NCBI GenBank assembly: GCA_951406725.2
Contig: OX597835.1
Coordinates: forward strand, 11,594,001 to 11,658,000
Source: Octopus vulgaris
Lineage: Eukaryota
Length of the DNA: 64,000 nt
Direction of reading: 5' to 3'
The translations under genes were made by a program, and so were the position numbers. The notes beneath the pieces are model-generated. The model was not told where the DNA came from. It saw only the letters and a program-made list of their open reading frames with translations, and did no database searches. Position 1 is the first letter of the stretch, and the number at the start of each line of letters is the position of its first letter. Below are positions 1-12,509 of the stretch, piece by piece.

Positions 1-352
1 TTGCTGATCAGGGAGGGGCTTAAAGAACAGGTTGGTTGGAATGTATTCGATCGCAGAAGGAGAAGTGATATTCCGACCACCAGAAAAATGCATTTAGCTT
101 GTGGCTGGTAACGTACAGTGGAAGTAAAAAAATCTTGCTCCAAGCTGCTGTAGCCCTGAAATCACAATACATGGAGTTAATAAGCAGTGTTGAAAGAGCG
201 TAGGAGTCGAAAGAGGGAAAACAGAAGAGCGGTAATGAAAGGGAGAGAATGACATGTCATGAAATTTTGCTAATCGAAAATGTTAGGTATTATTCGGATT
301 GCAAGAGGGAAACCTTCTAAATAGAGCAAGGTTTAGACTATTACCGCTTAAG

Positions 353-415
<63 letters not shown>

Positions 416-1407
416 CATATATGCGTATACATACATACATACAATCATAAATAAACAAAAGTAATTTATATATACATATATATGTATGTATATGTTTGTA
501 TATGAATGTGTGTGTATGTTCGAGTGTTTGTGTTTGTGTGTGTGTGTGTGTGTGTGTTTCTGTGTGTGGGCGCGCACATTACATGTTTGCACGAAAACAC
601 AAATAATCATAAATAAACAGAAATAATGATTATAATTCACTGCTGAGGAATGTAAAAAGAACAATATCAACGACAACAATCCAATATGGCAACTTTGCTA
701 GCACGCAAGGTGTATATAAATGTTCCAATATGGCAAATAATAACAGAGGGGGAGGAGGGGGAGAGGCAATGACAGAGAGAGAGAGACAGAGGGAGAGAGA
801 TAGAGAGCGAAAGAGACAGGGAGAGAGAGAGAAAGAGAGAGATGATAATAAACGTTGACCTCAGCCACCAGCACCTTCGAACTTTCGAAACTCTGAAGTA
901 GAAATTGTCCGTCATCTCTTATTTGCAAATGTCTACCGCTGGTAAAGCTAGATCAATCTTTAAAATGAAGTCACCGTTCATGATATTTATGTCGGTTGAA
1001 AGGGATATTAACACGCTATGCTGTTTTCAATAACTAAAGGTGAAACTGTTTTGCTGGACGAATTAAACATTAAATTGGGTAGGGAGTGCATAAGTCTAGG
1101 ATTCAGTTCTCTTTTACTGGCCAGTTTAGACTAAGTAGATTTCGCCCTTTTCTTCTTTCATAGATACGTGCGTGTACGTAAATCATGATATAATTGGACT
1201 TTCTGACAAGAGTCAGGAGTCTAAAACAGTCGGGGAGAAGTGTAGTCTGTTAAATCGACTTTTATTGATTGTTTTCTTTTTGTTGACCTCGCTGAGATTT
1301 GAACGCGTAAACATAAAAAGACGTCACTTAAACACTTGCTTCTAATATTGGCAGAAATACTGAAATTAGTGAGCAGTATTAAGCTGATACTATCGACCCA
1401 ACTACTC

Positions 1408-1632
1408 GAGCTGGCAGAATCGTTAGCACGCCGGGCGAAATGCGTAGCCGTATTTCGTCTGCCGTTACGTTCTGAGTTCAAATTCCGCCGAGGTCGACTT
1501 TGCCTTTCATCCTTTCGGGGTCGATAAATTAAGTTCCAGTTACGCACTGGGGTCGGTGTAATCGACTTAATCCCTTTTGTCTGTCTTTGTTTGTCCTCTC
1601 TATGTTTAGCCCCTTGTGGGCAATAAAGAAAT
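1408..1632 (+). mobile_element. tRNA-derived SINE, family C (gagctggcagaa...gcctttcatcctttcggggtcgataaattaagtaccag...taaagaaata)
   Basis: A-box-like tggcagaatcgttag and B-box gagttcaaattcc; near-identical copies at 32979, 49473 and 54689. Confidence 0.85.
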
Positions 1633-2000
1633 ATACTTACTCAGATTGTAAAAAGATGGAACAAATGACACAAGTCCACCTACGTCTACTTTGCCTTTCA
1701 TCCTTTCGGGGTCGATAAATTAAGTACCAGTTACGCACTGGGGTCCGTGTAATCGACTTAATCCCTTTGTCTGTCTTTGTTTGTCCTCTCTATGTTTAGC
1801 CCCTTGTGGGCAATAAAGAAATATACTTACTCAGATTGTAAAAAGATGGAACAAATGACACAAGTCCCCCTACGTCTACTTTGCCTTTCATCCTTTCGGG
1901 GTCGATAAATTAAGTACCAGTTATGTAATCGACTTAAACGCTTTTTCTATGCTTGTATGTCCCCTCTGTGTTTAGCCCCCTTGTGGGCAGTAAAGAAATA
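1497..2000 (+). repeat. Local tandem triplication (~190 bp period) of the SINE-C 3' half plus flank
   Basis: actttgcctttcatcc recurs at 1497, 1688 and 1878; the flank tacttactcagattgtaaaaagatggaac occurs twice. Confidence 0.85.
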
Positions 2001-2120
2001 AGAAATGCCACAAGGCATCTTGTCGAGTGCTCTAACGATATTGTCAATCCGCTGCACTTCAATGTTTTCTAATGTAACCTCAAGGCCAGGAATTGTAATG
2101 GGAGGATATTTGTCTATACC

Positions 2121-2292
2121 TATTTCTTTACTACCCACAAGGGGCCAAGCACAGAGGGGACAAACAAAAATAGACAAACGGATCAAGTCGATTATATCGA
2201 CCCTAGTGGGTAACTGGTACTTAATTTATCGACCCCGAAAGGATGAAAGGCAAAGACGACCTCGGCGGAATTTGAACTCAGAACGTAGCGGC
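2121..2292 (-). mobile_element. SINE-C, 5'-truncated, inverted relative to the 1408-2000 copies
   Basis: Reverse complement of the SINE-C body. Confidence 0.85.
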
Positions 2293-2659
2293 ACATTATA
2301 CGGGTAGCTAGGGTCGCACCCCGGTTTTTGTCCTTCTATTCACGGACAGAAGTTACTTTAGTCTCAAAGAATTGTTAACACTCTACAGAGGCTTTTCTTG
2401 TTGAAATTTACTTGCTGTAGGTTAGCGTTCTTCTCGGCCCTTATTTCTTTTGCAACCCTTTCGTTGATGGGAAAGGTGGGGACTTCTTCCATACTTATGT
2501 ATAAAACAAGATGACACCCAATAAATTCTCCCCCCGCCGAACCATTGGGAAACAATTACATTCGATTTGAAAACAAAACAACTGAATTTTATCTCAACGT
2601 CTGTAACTTTTGACATTACACGCAGCCTAAAATTAACGAATATTACAAACACACAGAGG

Positions 2660-2806
2660 CGACGGTCTAATTTCAGTTTCCGCCTAACAAATTCACTCAC
2701 AAGGCCCTTTACTTGCAGAAGATACATGCTGAAAGTATCACGCAATGGGACTGAACCCGGAAATATGTGGTTGGGAAGCAAACTCTCTACCACACTGCCA
2801 TGCCTG
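2660..2806 (-). mobile_element. Degenerate 5' half of SINE family B
   Basis: tttcagtttccg...gggactgaacccggaa...atgtggttgggaagcaa matches the copies at 43106 and 53454. Confidence 0.7.
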
Positions 2807-3850
2807 GTATAGAAGCAGTCAATGCTACTTTGTGTAGATTATGGCGCCTAAGAAGCTTATGTTTAACCTAACACTATTTATTTGTTTTATACTTTCATTT
2901 CGTGTGATTTGCTGCTGTCATTAACTCTGATAATCACCAACTAATATCTTAAAAAGTGCTGATAATAACAGCATCTATGATATTTTCCCAGGCATACTAC
3001 AGTCACAGTCGTGACTATAATCTTATTGGATTTATTACAAAAATGTATTAATACAGAATATTATAGACTATAGACGATCTTGTTAAAAATAATCGCAACA
3101 CTTTTGCGGTAATGAGCTAAGCTTTATGAAATAGTTTTATGAAATAACATGATCTGTTTAGTGAGTTTTCACTTAGACGCAGTTTCATAGTGTATCTATG
3201 GTAGGTGATGCAGATTGCTAAATCTACCCAGCAGTGTATCAGCGATAAGATAAATGGAGAGTTTGAAGGAGAGTTATCTTGTGATCGTTGCTTCGAGAGG
3301 TTACGCTGAATTATCTCAGTACAGTTAGCTGTGTAAGAACTGCAGCTCTTTATGAGCGTGGTTTCGAGTTGTGTACCACTGTGGCACCATGGGCAAATGT
3401 TTTGTCTTATAGTCCCGGGCCAACCAATGCCTTCAAAGACTTGACAACCGGTGTTGGTTTGATTTACGACACCCCCGTAACTTAGCGATTCAGCTATAGA
3501 CACCGAGAGGATTTTATCGATCCGACTTCTCACTTGATAATGATTGTGTTCACATGAGTAGGGGATAATGTAAAGTAGAAATGAATATCACAAAATATTT
3601 TGTTCGATGCTCCTCTGATCATGCAAATTGATCCCAGTACTTATGTTTTTATGTTTGGTATTTATCCAGTCGAATCTTTTTGCCGAACTGCTATGTTACA
3701 GGGATGTAAACAAACAAACATCGGTTGTCTAGCGGTGTTGTGTGAACAAACACAAACCCAAAGACATAAACACACACATACAAAGACAAAGACACACGCA
3801 ACCACACACATACACACACATACACACATGTATGCATATATACATATACT

Positions 3851-3890
<40 letters not shown>

Positions 3891-3923
3891 ATCCGAGGAT
3901 TGACGTGTAGGAAGAAGGTTAGC

Positions 3924-4013
<90 letters not shown>

Positions 4014-4018
<5 letters not shown>

Positions 4019-4221
4019 ATCCAAACATGAAAACACACAAAAAACACAACAACGCGAGGACGTGGAACAAATATAGTATTATTGGACGCTCAGGAAGGCT
4101 GGGAAGAAGGAGGGTTTAACGTTTCGAGCGGAGCTCTTCGTCGGAAATATAGGAGAAGGAAAGATCCAGAGAAGGGAAGACAGAGGAAAGAAAATCGCCA
4201 ACGGTACACACGCGGTCACAT
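4014..4221 (-). mobile_element. ~208-bp (TA)n-anchored hammerhead-bearing element, copy 1 (core variant CCGACGA)
   Basis: Same termini as the copies at 10652, 41577 and 47349; (TA)n on both sides. Confidence 0.8.
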
Positions 4222-5167
4222 TTATATATATATTTATATATATATACTACCTTCTTACAGTTTCCACCTACCAGATCCGCTTACAAGGCTGAGGTCGGCG
4301 CACAGAGGAGATAATAGAAAACGTTTGGCCAATGCACCACGCAGTGGGATTGAAACTATACAGCTACCACACAGCCATGCTTGCACCTAATAAAGATTTT
4401 TAACATACGTATAGAAACAGCCATTTTGTGAGAGCTTCGGAGCAATTCTATCGATCCCAGCCCATGTTTGAAAATAATCTTATTCGCCTGAGTTGGACAA
4501 GACGTAAATTCGAAACGGCAGCGTAATTAAAATATCACAAAACATTTTGTTCTCTGCTCTTCCGATTATGCATCCATCATCGTCTGTTCACAAATAATCA
4601 CATCGTCAGATTTAATTCGTTACATTCGTTCCATGAACGATGAAATGAAAATGAAATATTTTATGGTTGTCCGTCCAGTCCTCACCAAGTACGATTAATA
4701 AAACCATCGACGTACCCCTTGACTCCCAATTAAACTATCTTAGAAAGAAATTAAAATGCCAGAACACTGTCGAGGGGGATCTATATATGGACGATATAAT
4801 TAAACAGTTGAGACTGCATTAAATCATAACAGATATTTCAGCAAATGACATTCATCTGAAATATAATACTGACAACGACTCACAGATAAAAGTGTTTATC
4901 TCACCAAAATATCTGAAATGAATGTCACTTCGTGGAACTATTTAACAAAGTTAAAATGCTGCAGCTGATCTGCCGCTGATAGTTTCAAAACTCATAAAAT
5001 TCATACACACACACACTTACACGCAACCACATACAAGCATAATTCTGTGTGAGAGAGAGAGACAGAGAGAGAGACAGAGAGATAGAGTGTGTGTATGCAT
5101 GCATGTATGTATTGACTGAGTGGTAAGAAACTTGTTTCCCGGCCTCATGGTTTCGATTTCCGTCTCA

Positions 5168-6552
5168 TTCATCATTCATTCATTGTTCGACCGTGGTCGA
5201 GACAATGGAATTTACTATGTTACGCCAGACTTCACTGGTCCATCATGCCATTACGGAGGTCCTATTGCTGGATGCCTGTATCCCTGGAGATTACATCAGG
5301 GTAGGAGAGTGTGCGCCCTCTGGTATTGCGAGTAGATGGCTTCCAGAGGAGAAGAGTAGAAATTACTTCTTTTTAAGCTCTACAACAATGTCCAGCAAAC
5401 TGGACTCTCCTACATGCCTGTATCCCTGGAGATTACATCAGGGTAGGAGAGTGTGCGCCCTCTGGTATTGCGAGTAGATGGCTTCCAGAGGAGAAGAGTA
5501 GAAATTACTTCTTTTTCAGCTCTACAACAATGTCCAGCAAACTGGACTCTCCTACATGCCTGTATCCCTGGAGATTACATCAGGGTAGGAGAGTGTGTGC
5601 CCTCTGGTATTGCGAGTAGATGACTTCCAGAGGAGAAGAGTAGAAATTGCCTCCTTTTTCAGCTCTACAACAATGTCCAGCAAACTGGACTCTCCTACAT
5701 GCCTGTATCCCTGGAGATTACATCAGGGTAGGAGAGTGTGCGCCCTCTGGTATTGCGAGTAGATGGCTTCCAGAGGAGAAGAGTAGAAATTACTTCTTTT
5801 TCAGCTCTACAACAATGTCCAGCAAACTGGACTCTCCTACATGCCTGTATCCCTGGAGATTACATCAGGGTAGGAGAGTGTGCGCCCTCTGGTATTGCGA
5901 GTAGATGGCTTCCAGAGGAGAAGAGTAGAAATTACTTCTTTTTCAGCTCTACAACAATGTCCAGCAAACTGGACTCTCCTACATGCCTGTATCCCTGGAG
6001 ATTACATCAGGGTAGGAGAGTGTGTGCCCTCTGGTATTGCGAGTAGATGGCTTCCAGAGGAGAAGAGTAGAAATTACTTCTTTTTCAGCTCTACAACAAT
6101 GTCCAGCAAACTGGACTCTCCTACATGCCTGTATCCCTGGAGATTACATCAGGGTAGGAGAGTGTCGCCCTCTGGTATTGCGAGTAGATGGCTTCCAGAG
6201 GAGAAGAGTAGAAATTACTTCTTTTTCAGCTCTACAACAATGTCCAGCAAACTGGACTCTCCTACATGCCTGTATCCCTGGAGATTACATCAGGGTAGGA
6301 GAATGTGTGCCCTCTGGTATTGCGAGTAGATGGCTTCCAGAGGAGAAGAGTAGAAATTGCCTCCTTTTTCAGCTCTACAACAATGTCCAGCAAACTGGAC
6401 TCTCCTACATGCCTGTATCCCTGGAGATTACATCAGGGTAGGAGAGTGTGCGCCCTCTGGTATTGCGAGTAGATGGCTTCCAGAGGAGAAGAGTAGAAAT
6501 TGCCTCCTTTTTTAGCTCTACAACAATGTCCAGCAAACTGGACTCTCCTACC
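5168..6552 (-). mobile_element. 5'-truncated RTE-clade LINE 3' end with tandemly reiterated 5' segment
   Basis: Minus strand reads RRVQFAGHCCRAEKEVISTLLLWKPSTRNTRGRTLSYPDVISRDTG, then after a stop and frameshift DLRNGMMD..VWRNIV, a typical RTE C-terminus; (AATG)-type tail at 5168-5184. Confidence 0.85.
5272..6551. repeat. Tandem array, 9 copies of a 141-143 bp unit
   Basis: atgcctgtatccc starts at 5272, 5414, 5556, 5699, 5841, 5983, 6125, 6266 and 6409. Confidence 0.97.
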
Positions 6553-8480
6553 TTTCGGTCTCACTGTATGGCAACTTGAGCAAGTGTCTTCTACTGTACC
6601 CACAGGCCGACCAAAACCTTCTGAGTGGATTTAGTAGACACAAACTGAAAGAAGCCCGTCGTGAATGTGTGTGTGTGTGCACGCGCGCTCATGCCTTTAT
6701 GTGTGTCTATGCCTTTGTGTTCTTAGAGCATCAACCGTCTCCGTAACTTAGCGGTTTGCTAAGTTACAGAAATCGATAGGGTAAGTACCACAGTTATAAA
6801 ACAACTACTTGGGCCGCTGTCCAATGACTGAATCGAGTCAAAGACAAAAGATACACACACTGTTGCACCTCTCATCGTTTCTCCACCTCTTATCTCCCTT
6901 ATTGAATTCTCCATCTGCTAAGTTCCACACCAAATATTTCATTCAATTCTTTCTTTCCAGACCGTCTTCTTTCTGCAATTTCCTCCCAACCTATTTTGTT
7001 TGAAGCTTTATACTTTCCTTAATCGTTAGGGAGGAATTTGATACCAGCGGATTAACGGCGTCCCTTCAACCGTTAATCCGTTGGTAAAGACTTGACAGCA
7101 TTATTCAAACGAAATCTTCAAGAGATGCCGACATACTGCTCCCTAAACTGCCGATCAGAATTGATTGAGACACTTCCAACAGAATTAGTCGTGGTGAAAG
7201 AGGTAACACCGTTCACTTCAGTATTATTTCTGTATGGATCTCTGAAACGTCACGGTAGAGAACACTCTCTGAAGAGAAAATCAGGCTTTATCTCACGAAT
7301 AATTTCAAGGAAAATGCATAGGGACATCTAGACACTTCATACTTCGCCCTAGCCTTCTTTAATTTGCTTCTTCTCCCTCTCGTTACGTGTCTCCATTGTC
7401 TTTTCCAATTGTGAAGAATGACGAATGTCCGAAACGCCAAGCAAATTCATTCGGCTTCATCCAGGAGATAAAGCCATGCCTTTTACATCTATAATACAGT
7501 AAAAGTCAGTTTCACTCTTGCTTGCTCGCAATGTTACCCAAGAAAACTGGCGCATAATGGGTTAAAAAAACTATGAATTAAGTTTACCCTGAAGTGTTAA
7601 TAGGAACGGAATGAAACACATTTCGCGTAAATTGGAGCAGTGATTATTGAGATATGTTCGGGAATTGGGGTATCAATATCCAAAACGGTGTATAATGTGA
7701 AAATGTTCCGAATTTTACTTCATCCTGAAAGGGAAGAAACTCTAACCTTTCGATTAGACTGATTTGACAACAAAGAAATAGAATTTGATTTTTTAAAAGA
7801 AAATTTATATACATACAACCTTAGACAGAGTAATAGTCATATATACGACTTGAACAGGCACACATATCAGTACATAACCATACGTTTACATATACATACA
7901 CATATGTACACACGCAGACACGTCTGCACACTTACATACGTAAATGCTCACATACATACATACGTACATACATACATAAATACATACATGCGTATATGCG
8001 TATATACATGCGTACGCATGTACACATCTGCGTACGAACGTGAATACATGCACACATACACACACATACCTACATACATACCTACATACATATGAACTTC
8101 GTAACCTCGGTGTGAAATAGTTTTTTTCCCTAGAATTTTTTCGAGTGTATTCAACGTTATCTAATCTCCGAAGATTTGGCTGCTATTTCTAGCACACCCT
8201 GCTACTACGTAACAGCTATTTGCGATAAAGGATCCGACATACCTGTTACGTAGTTTGCAGGGCGCGCAAGAAATAGCAGCCAAATCTTTCCTTTTCTGGT
8301 GAAAAGGAGTCGTTTACGCATGATTTCGATGTCACGTTCGTTGAAAGCCTGCGAAATTGCCTGGAAAAGAAAAGACCCACGAAACAAAACTCCTTTGCTG
8401 GGAAACTGGGTTTTCCAGTGACCCAACGGGTCACGGGTAGCCTAGTTATAAATATCACTTTGATACATACACATGCAAGT

Positions 8481-8517
<37 letters not shown>

Positions 8518-8540
8518 TATACATGCATATATATTTGTGT

Positions 8541-8926
8541 GTGGAGGCGTAATGGCCCAGTGGTTAGGGCAGCGGACTTGCGGTCGTAGGATCGCGGTTT
8601 CGATTCCCAGACCGGGCGTTGTGAGTGTTTATTGAGCGAAAACACCTAAAGCTCCACGAGGCTCCGGCAGGGATGGTGGTGATCCCTGCTGTACTCTTTC
8701 ACCAAAACTTTCTCTCACTCCTACTTCCTGTTTCTGTTGTACCTGTATTTCAAAGGGGCCGGCCTTGTCCCTCTCTGTGTCACGCTGAATATTCCCGAGA
8801 ACTACGTTAAGGGTACACGTGTCTGTGGAGTGCTCAGCCACTTACACGTTAATTTCACGAGCAGGCTGTTCCGTTGATTCTGATCAACCGGAACCTCATC
8901 GTCGTCGTAACCGACGGAGTGCTTCC
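8541..8926 (+). mobile_element. tRNA-derived SINE family A, full length
   Basis: tRNA-like head tggcccagtggttagggcagcggact...ggtttcgattccc; 12-bp TSD atatatttgtgt at 8529-8540 and 8927-8938. Confidence 0.9.
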
Positions 8927-9479
8927 ATATATTTGTGTATAAAATATGTATTACTGTATATGTGTGCGCGTGTGTATGGCGATGTTCATACATGCGTTCC
9001 GGCACGAATCAACACATATCTATGTATTTAAGTGCGAGTAACAATAACCTCTCGTTCTGCAATCTGTGTTATACATTTTCATTATATTTTTAGATTAGTA
9101 TTTTTTTTGAAAAAAATCATTAACATTTGAAATCTATATGGAAACATTTTGTCTCTTTATATCTTTATTTATTGAATACATTCCACATTTAGTAGGTATG
9201 TATAACATTAATATACACACATACACACACATATATACACCACCGTCACACTGCACGCATATAAACTCACCTACATAAACCAGACTAATGCAAGCCTTCC
9301 GGTAATTATCTGATTGTTTAAGAGTGTAGCTAATGAATTATTTGGCAAGATGACTCGAGGAAAGGTTAAAAGGAATTTTCATCGAATTTCAATGCATCAC
9401 GTGATCGAAAACACATCCAGAAGCGCATACCTTAATTCATACATATACATGTGTGCATATAAATAATACACACTCGCAC

Positions 9480-9531
<52 letters not shown>

Positions 9532-9630
9532 TATGTATATATATTATAAAAACGTATATATGTTTCTTTTGGTGCTTATCTCTCTCTCTCTCTCTATATA
9601 TATATATACATATATATATACATATATATA

Positions 9631-10613
9631 CTTGTACTCTGTTTTTCTGTTGTAAAAAAATGGTTTGTTCCATGCTTGTTTTTCCGTTTTCGTTTCTCGT
9701 TGAGTTCTACGTCTAGTTGTGGTGTCCTGTACTCACGTGTATATATTTATATATGCATGTATATGTACATGTAGATGTAGGTACGTACATATATGTATGT
9801 ATGTATGCATATATTTTATTTATTACACTATTGTATGACAGCGCCCTCGCGTCGATTCGATTCGATTCGTTCGTTTCGTTCCGTTCTTATTCTCCAAGTA
9901 CTGTTTTATATATTAATTATGACGCAAAATTCCTTATCTCTTTGCTTTACCTTCCCTTCTCTCTCTCTCTCTCACTCTTCCTCATCTCTCTCTCAGCCGC
10001 TTGTCTTCCTCTATCTCTCTCTCTCTCTCACTCCTCCTCATCTTTGTCACTGCTAGCCAAAATTACTTCCTTTTTACATGCGGCCTTCAAACTGTGAATA
10101 CACTTTTGCTTTCCCTTGCGCTGCCAGAATCTCCTCCGTCTAAGCCAGAAAAAGGCCTTTTCGTTTGTTTTCTTGTTTATTTTTATTTCTCGTATTGTAT
10201 TTTCTTGTACATGTATTTTTATCTTGTAATTTATTTTGAATTTTTATTTGTATCGTTTGTACGTCTTTTTGTGTTACATTTTTTTTCTTGTTTTTACCCC
10301 TCTGCGAAGTAATTTTATTTTAATTCTCTCGCAGGAAGGGCTAGTTTCTACGAGTCGTGTTCTGTCTTACCTTCGAAACACGCTAGAGTTGAACTAGAGA
10401 CAGCTGATGTGTAGTTTGTCTTGTACTCTGTTTTTCTGTTGTAAAAAATGGTTTGTTCCATGCTTGTTTTTCCGTTTTCGTTTCTCGTTGAGTTCTACGT
10501 CTAGTTGTGGTGTCCTGTACTCACGTATATATATTTATATATGCATGTATATGTACATGTAGATGTAGGTACGTACATATATGTTTGTATGTATGCATAT
10601 ATTTTATTTATTA

Positions 10614-10619
<6 letters not shown>
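9631..10619 (+). mobile_element. ~990-bp non-coding element with ~200-bp direct terminal repeats, inserted in (TA)n
   Basis: 9631-9831 is nearly identical to 10420-10619; a diverged relative lies at 38621-38828 (-). Confidence 0.75.
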
Positions 10620-10651
<32 letters not shown>

Positions 10652-10652
<1 letters not shown>

Positions 10653-10860
10653 GTTAATCCAAACATGAAAACACAAAGAGAAAACACAACAACGCGATGA
10701 CGTGGAACAAATATAGTATTATTGGACGCTCAGGAAGGAAGGGAAGAAGGAGGGTTTTACGTTACGAGTGGAGCTCTTCGTCAGAAACATAGGAAAAGGA
10801 AAGATCCCGAGAAGGGAAGACGGAGGAAAAAAATCGCCAACGGTACACACGCGGTCACAT
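10652..10860 (-). mobile_element. ~208-bp hammerhead-bearing element, copy 2 (GAAA mutated to GUAA)
   Basis: Same termini as the other copies; (TA)n on both sides. Confidence 0.8.
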
Positions 10861-10884
10861 TATATATATATATATATATATATA

Positions 10885-11203
10885 TACAAAATTTAGAGGA
10901 CTGACCACTAAAAGTGGACAGCCTATATGCTAAATATAGACGTCAAAATCGCCATTTTCCACTAAAAATGTGCTCTCAAGAAAAAATTTAGCAAAAGACC
11001 AACATTTTTTGTTGAGAACACATTCTTCGTGGAAAATGGCGATTTTGACGTCTATATTTAGCATATAGACTGTCCACTTTTAGTGGTCAGGCCTATAAAT
11101 TTTGTATGTAAAAATATTTTTAATCTTCGGATGCTTTTTTAAATATGCTAAGCCACTGGTTTTAATTGATTAATATCAATTTCTACCCTTATTTAATTTT
11201 AAA
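10885..11203. repeat. Fold-back element in (TA)n: ~100-bp inverted arms plus ~100-bp unpaired extension
   Basis: 10885-10987 is the reverse complement of 11004-11106 with few mismatches. Confidence 0.85.
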
Positions 11204-12196
11204 TATATATATATTATAAGCATTACATTATAAGCATCCCGCTGATTTTCTCCCTCCCATTAATGACATTCTTTTTATCATCTTTAATCGACCATCTTGT
11301 ACACTTTCTTTCTTCCATATTTTATTTCTCTCTCTCTCCATCCTTTCTCTTTCTCAATCTCTACCTCTTCATCTTTCTCCTCCCTTTCAGACTGGCTCTA
11401 TTCTTTTCAAAAATGCTTTTTTCTGATTTCCTTGAATTCCACCGCCCACACCAACTTCTTTCTGAACCTAAATTCGATAAAATTCACTTTGTCATACCGC
11501 CATATCGCGGTTCACCCATCCAAAGCAAAGTCACATGACACATAAAAACACACACATAGCGATTACTCACATAAAAACCGCACATACACAAAACCCACAC
11601 TTACATAAAGTATACATACACACAGCGTACATCCACATAAAGACACACGCATAGAGCGTATACACACTCTTATTCCATACATCCATAGACACTGACGAAC
11701 ACATAAAATCAAGTAAACGAAACACAACACACTCATAAAGAGCGCACGCATATATATACACACTTTTAACGTTGCGTGAGCGCTCAACCACATACACCCA
11801 CACACACCAACGTACATTCTTCTTTAATGCAGTCAACACAGCTTCATACATATACACGCATGCATACACACACATCTTCGCGCCAAACACATTCATACGA
11901 ATAGTACACACACAGATACACACGCAGCGCACACACACACATATACACACACAGACTCATCGTCACACACGCATACAGGCGTCCGTTCATTACCTTTTCC
12001 CCCAACTCCCTCCGCTATAATTTAGACATCTGTAACCCCATTCACTCAACCTTCGGCTATTTTATCCTTCGATCGACCTCTCCCTCCTCTTAAAACAAAA
12101 ATCATTTTAATTGGACCTCGTCTTTCATTTTAACACCTGCTGTCAATAAACAAGCAAAAAAAAAAATACAAACGAATATAAATAAATGAATAAATA

Positions 12197-12450
12197 TGGA
12201 GGCGCAATGGCCTAGTGGTTAGGGCAGCGGACTTGCGGTCGGAGGATCGCGGTTTCTATTCCCAGACCGGGCGTTGTGTGTGTTTATTGAGCGAAAAAAA
12301 CACCTAAAAGCTCCACGAGGCTCCGGCAGGAGGTGGTGATCCCTGCTGTACTCTTTCACCACTCTAAAGGCGGTGCTCCAGCATGGCCGCAGTCAAATGA
12401 CTGAAACAAGTACAAAAAGAAAAAAAAAGAAAGAAAGAAATAAATAAATA
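12197..12450 (+). mobile_element. Chimeric SINE: family A head fused to family B 3' end
   Basis: A-type sequence to ~12364, then aaggcggtgctccagcatggccgcagtcaaatgactgaaacaagta as at 22095-22140. Confidence 0.8.
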
Positions 12451-12509
12451 TAATTCAAGACAAAAACATGCGTTGGTGTTAGGCCTGGATCACGCCCTGT
12501 GTGAATTAA

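Larger units (their letters stand above)
5115..6845 (+). mobile_element. Old SINE-B split by an RTE insertion (head ~5115-5167, body ~6553-6845)
   Basis: Head gagtggtaagaaacttg... resumes at ttcggtctcactgtatggcaacttgagcaagtgtcttc; apparent TSD tttc(c/g)gtctca on both sides of the insert. Confidence 0.7.

Noticed and set aside
1-160. Possible minus-strand exon after gatttcag (open ~50 codons to the window edge)
   Set aside because: No recognisable protein motif and the donor would lie outside the window; cannot be supported
5120-6441. Overlapping repetitive plus-strand ORFs, and possible CRISPR-like array
   Set aside because: They are antisense read-through of a 142-bp tandem repeat of RTE coding sequence; units are contiguous with no unique spacers
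8541-8620. tRNA-like sequence
   Set aside because: It is a SINE head: it continues into a shared body, has TSDs and occurs in many copies
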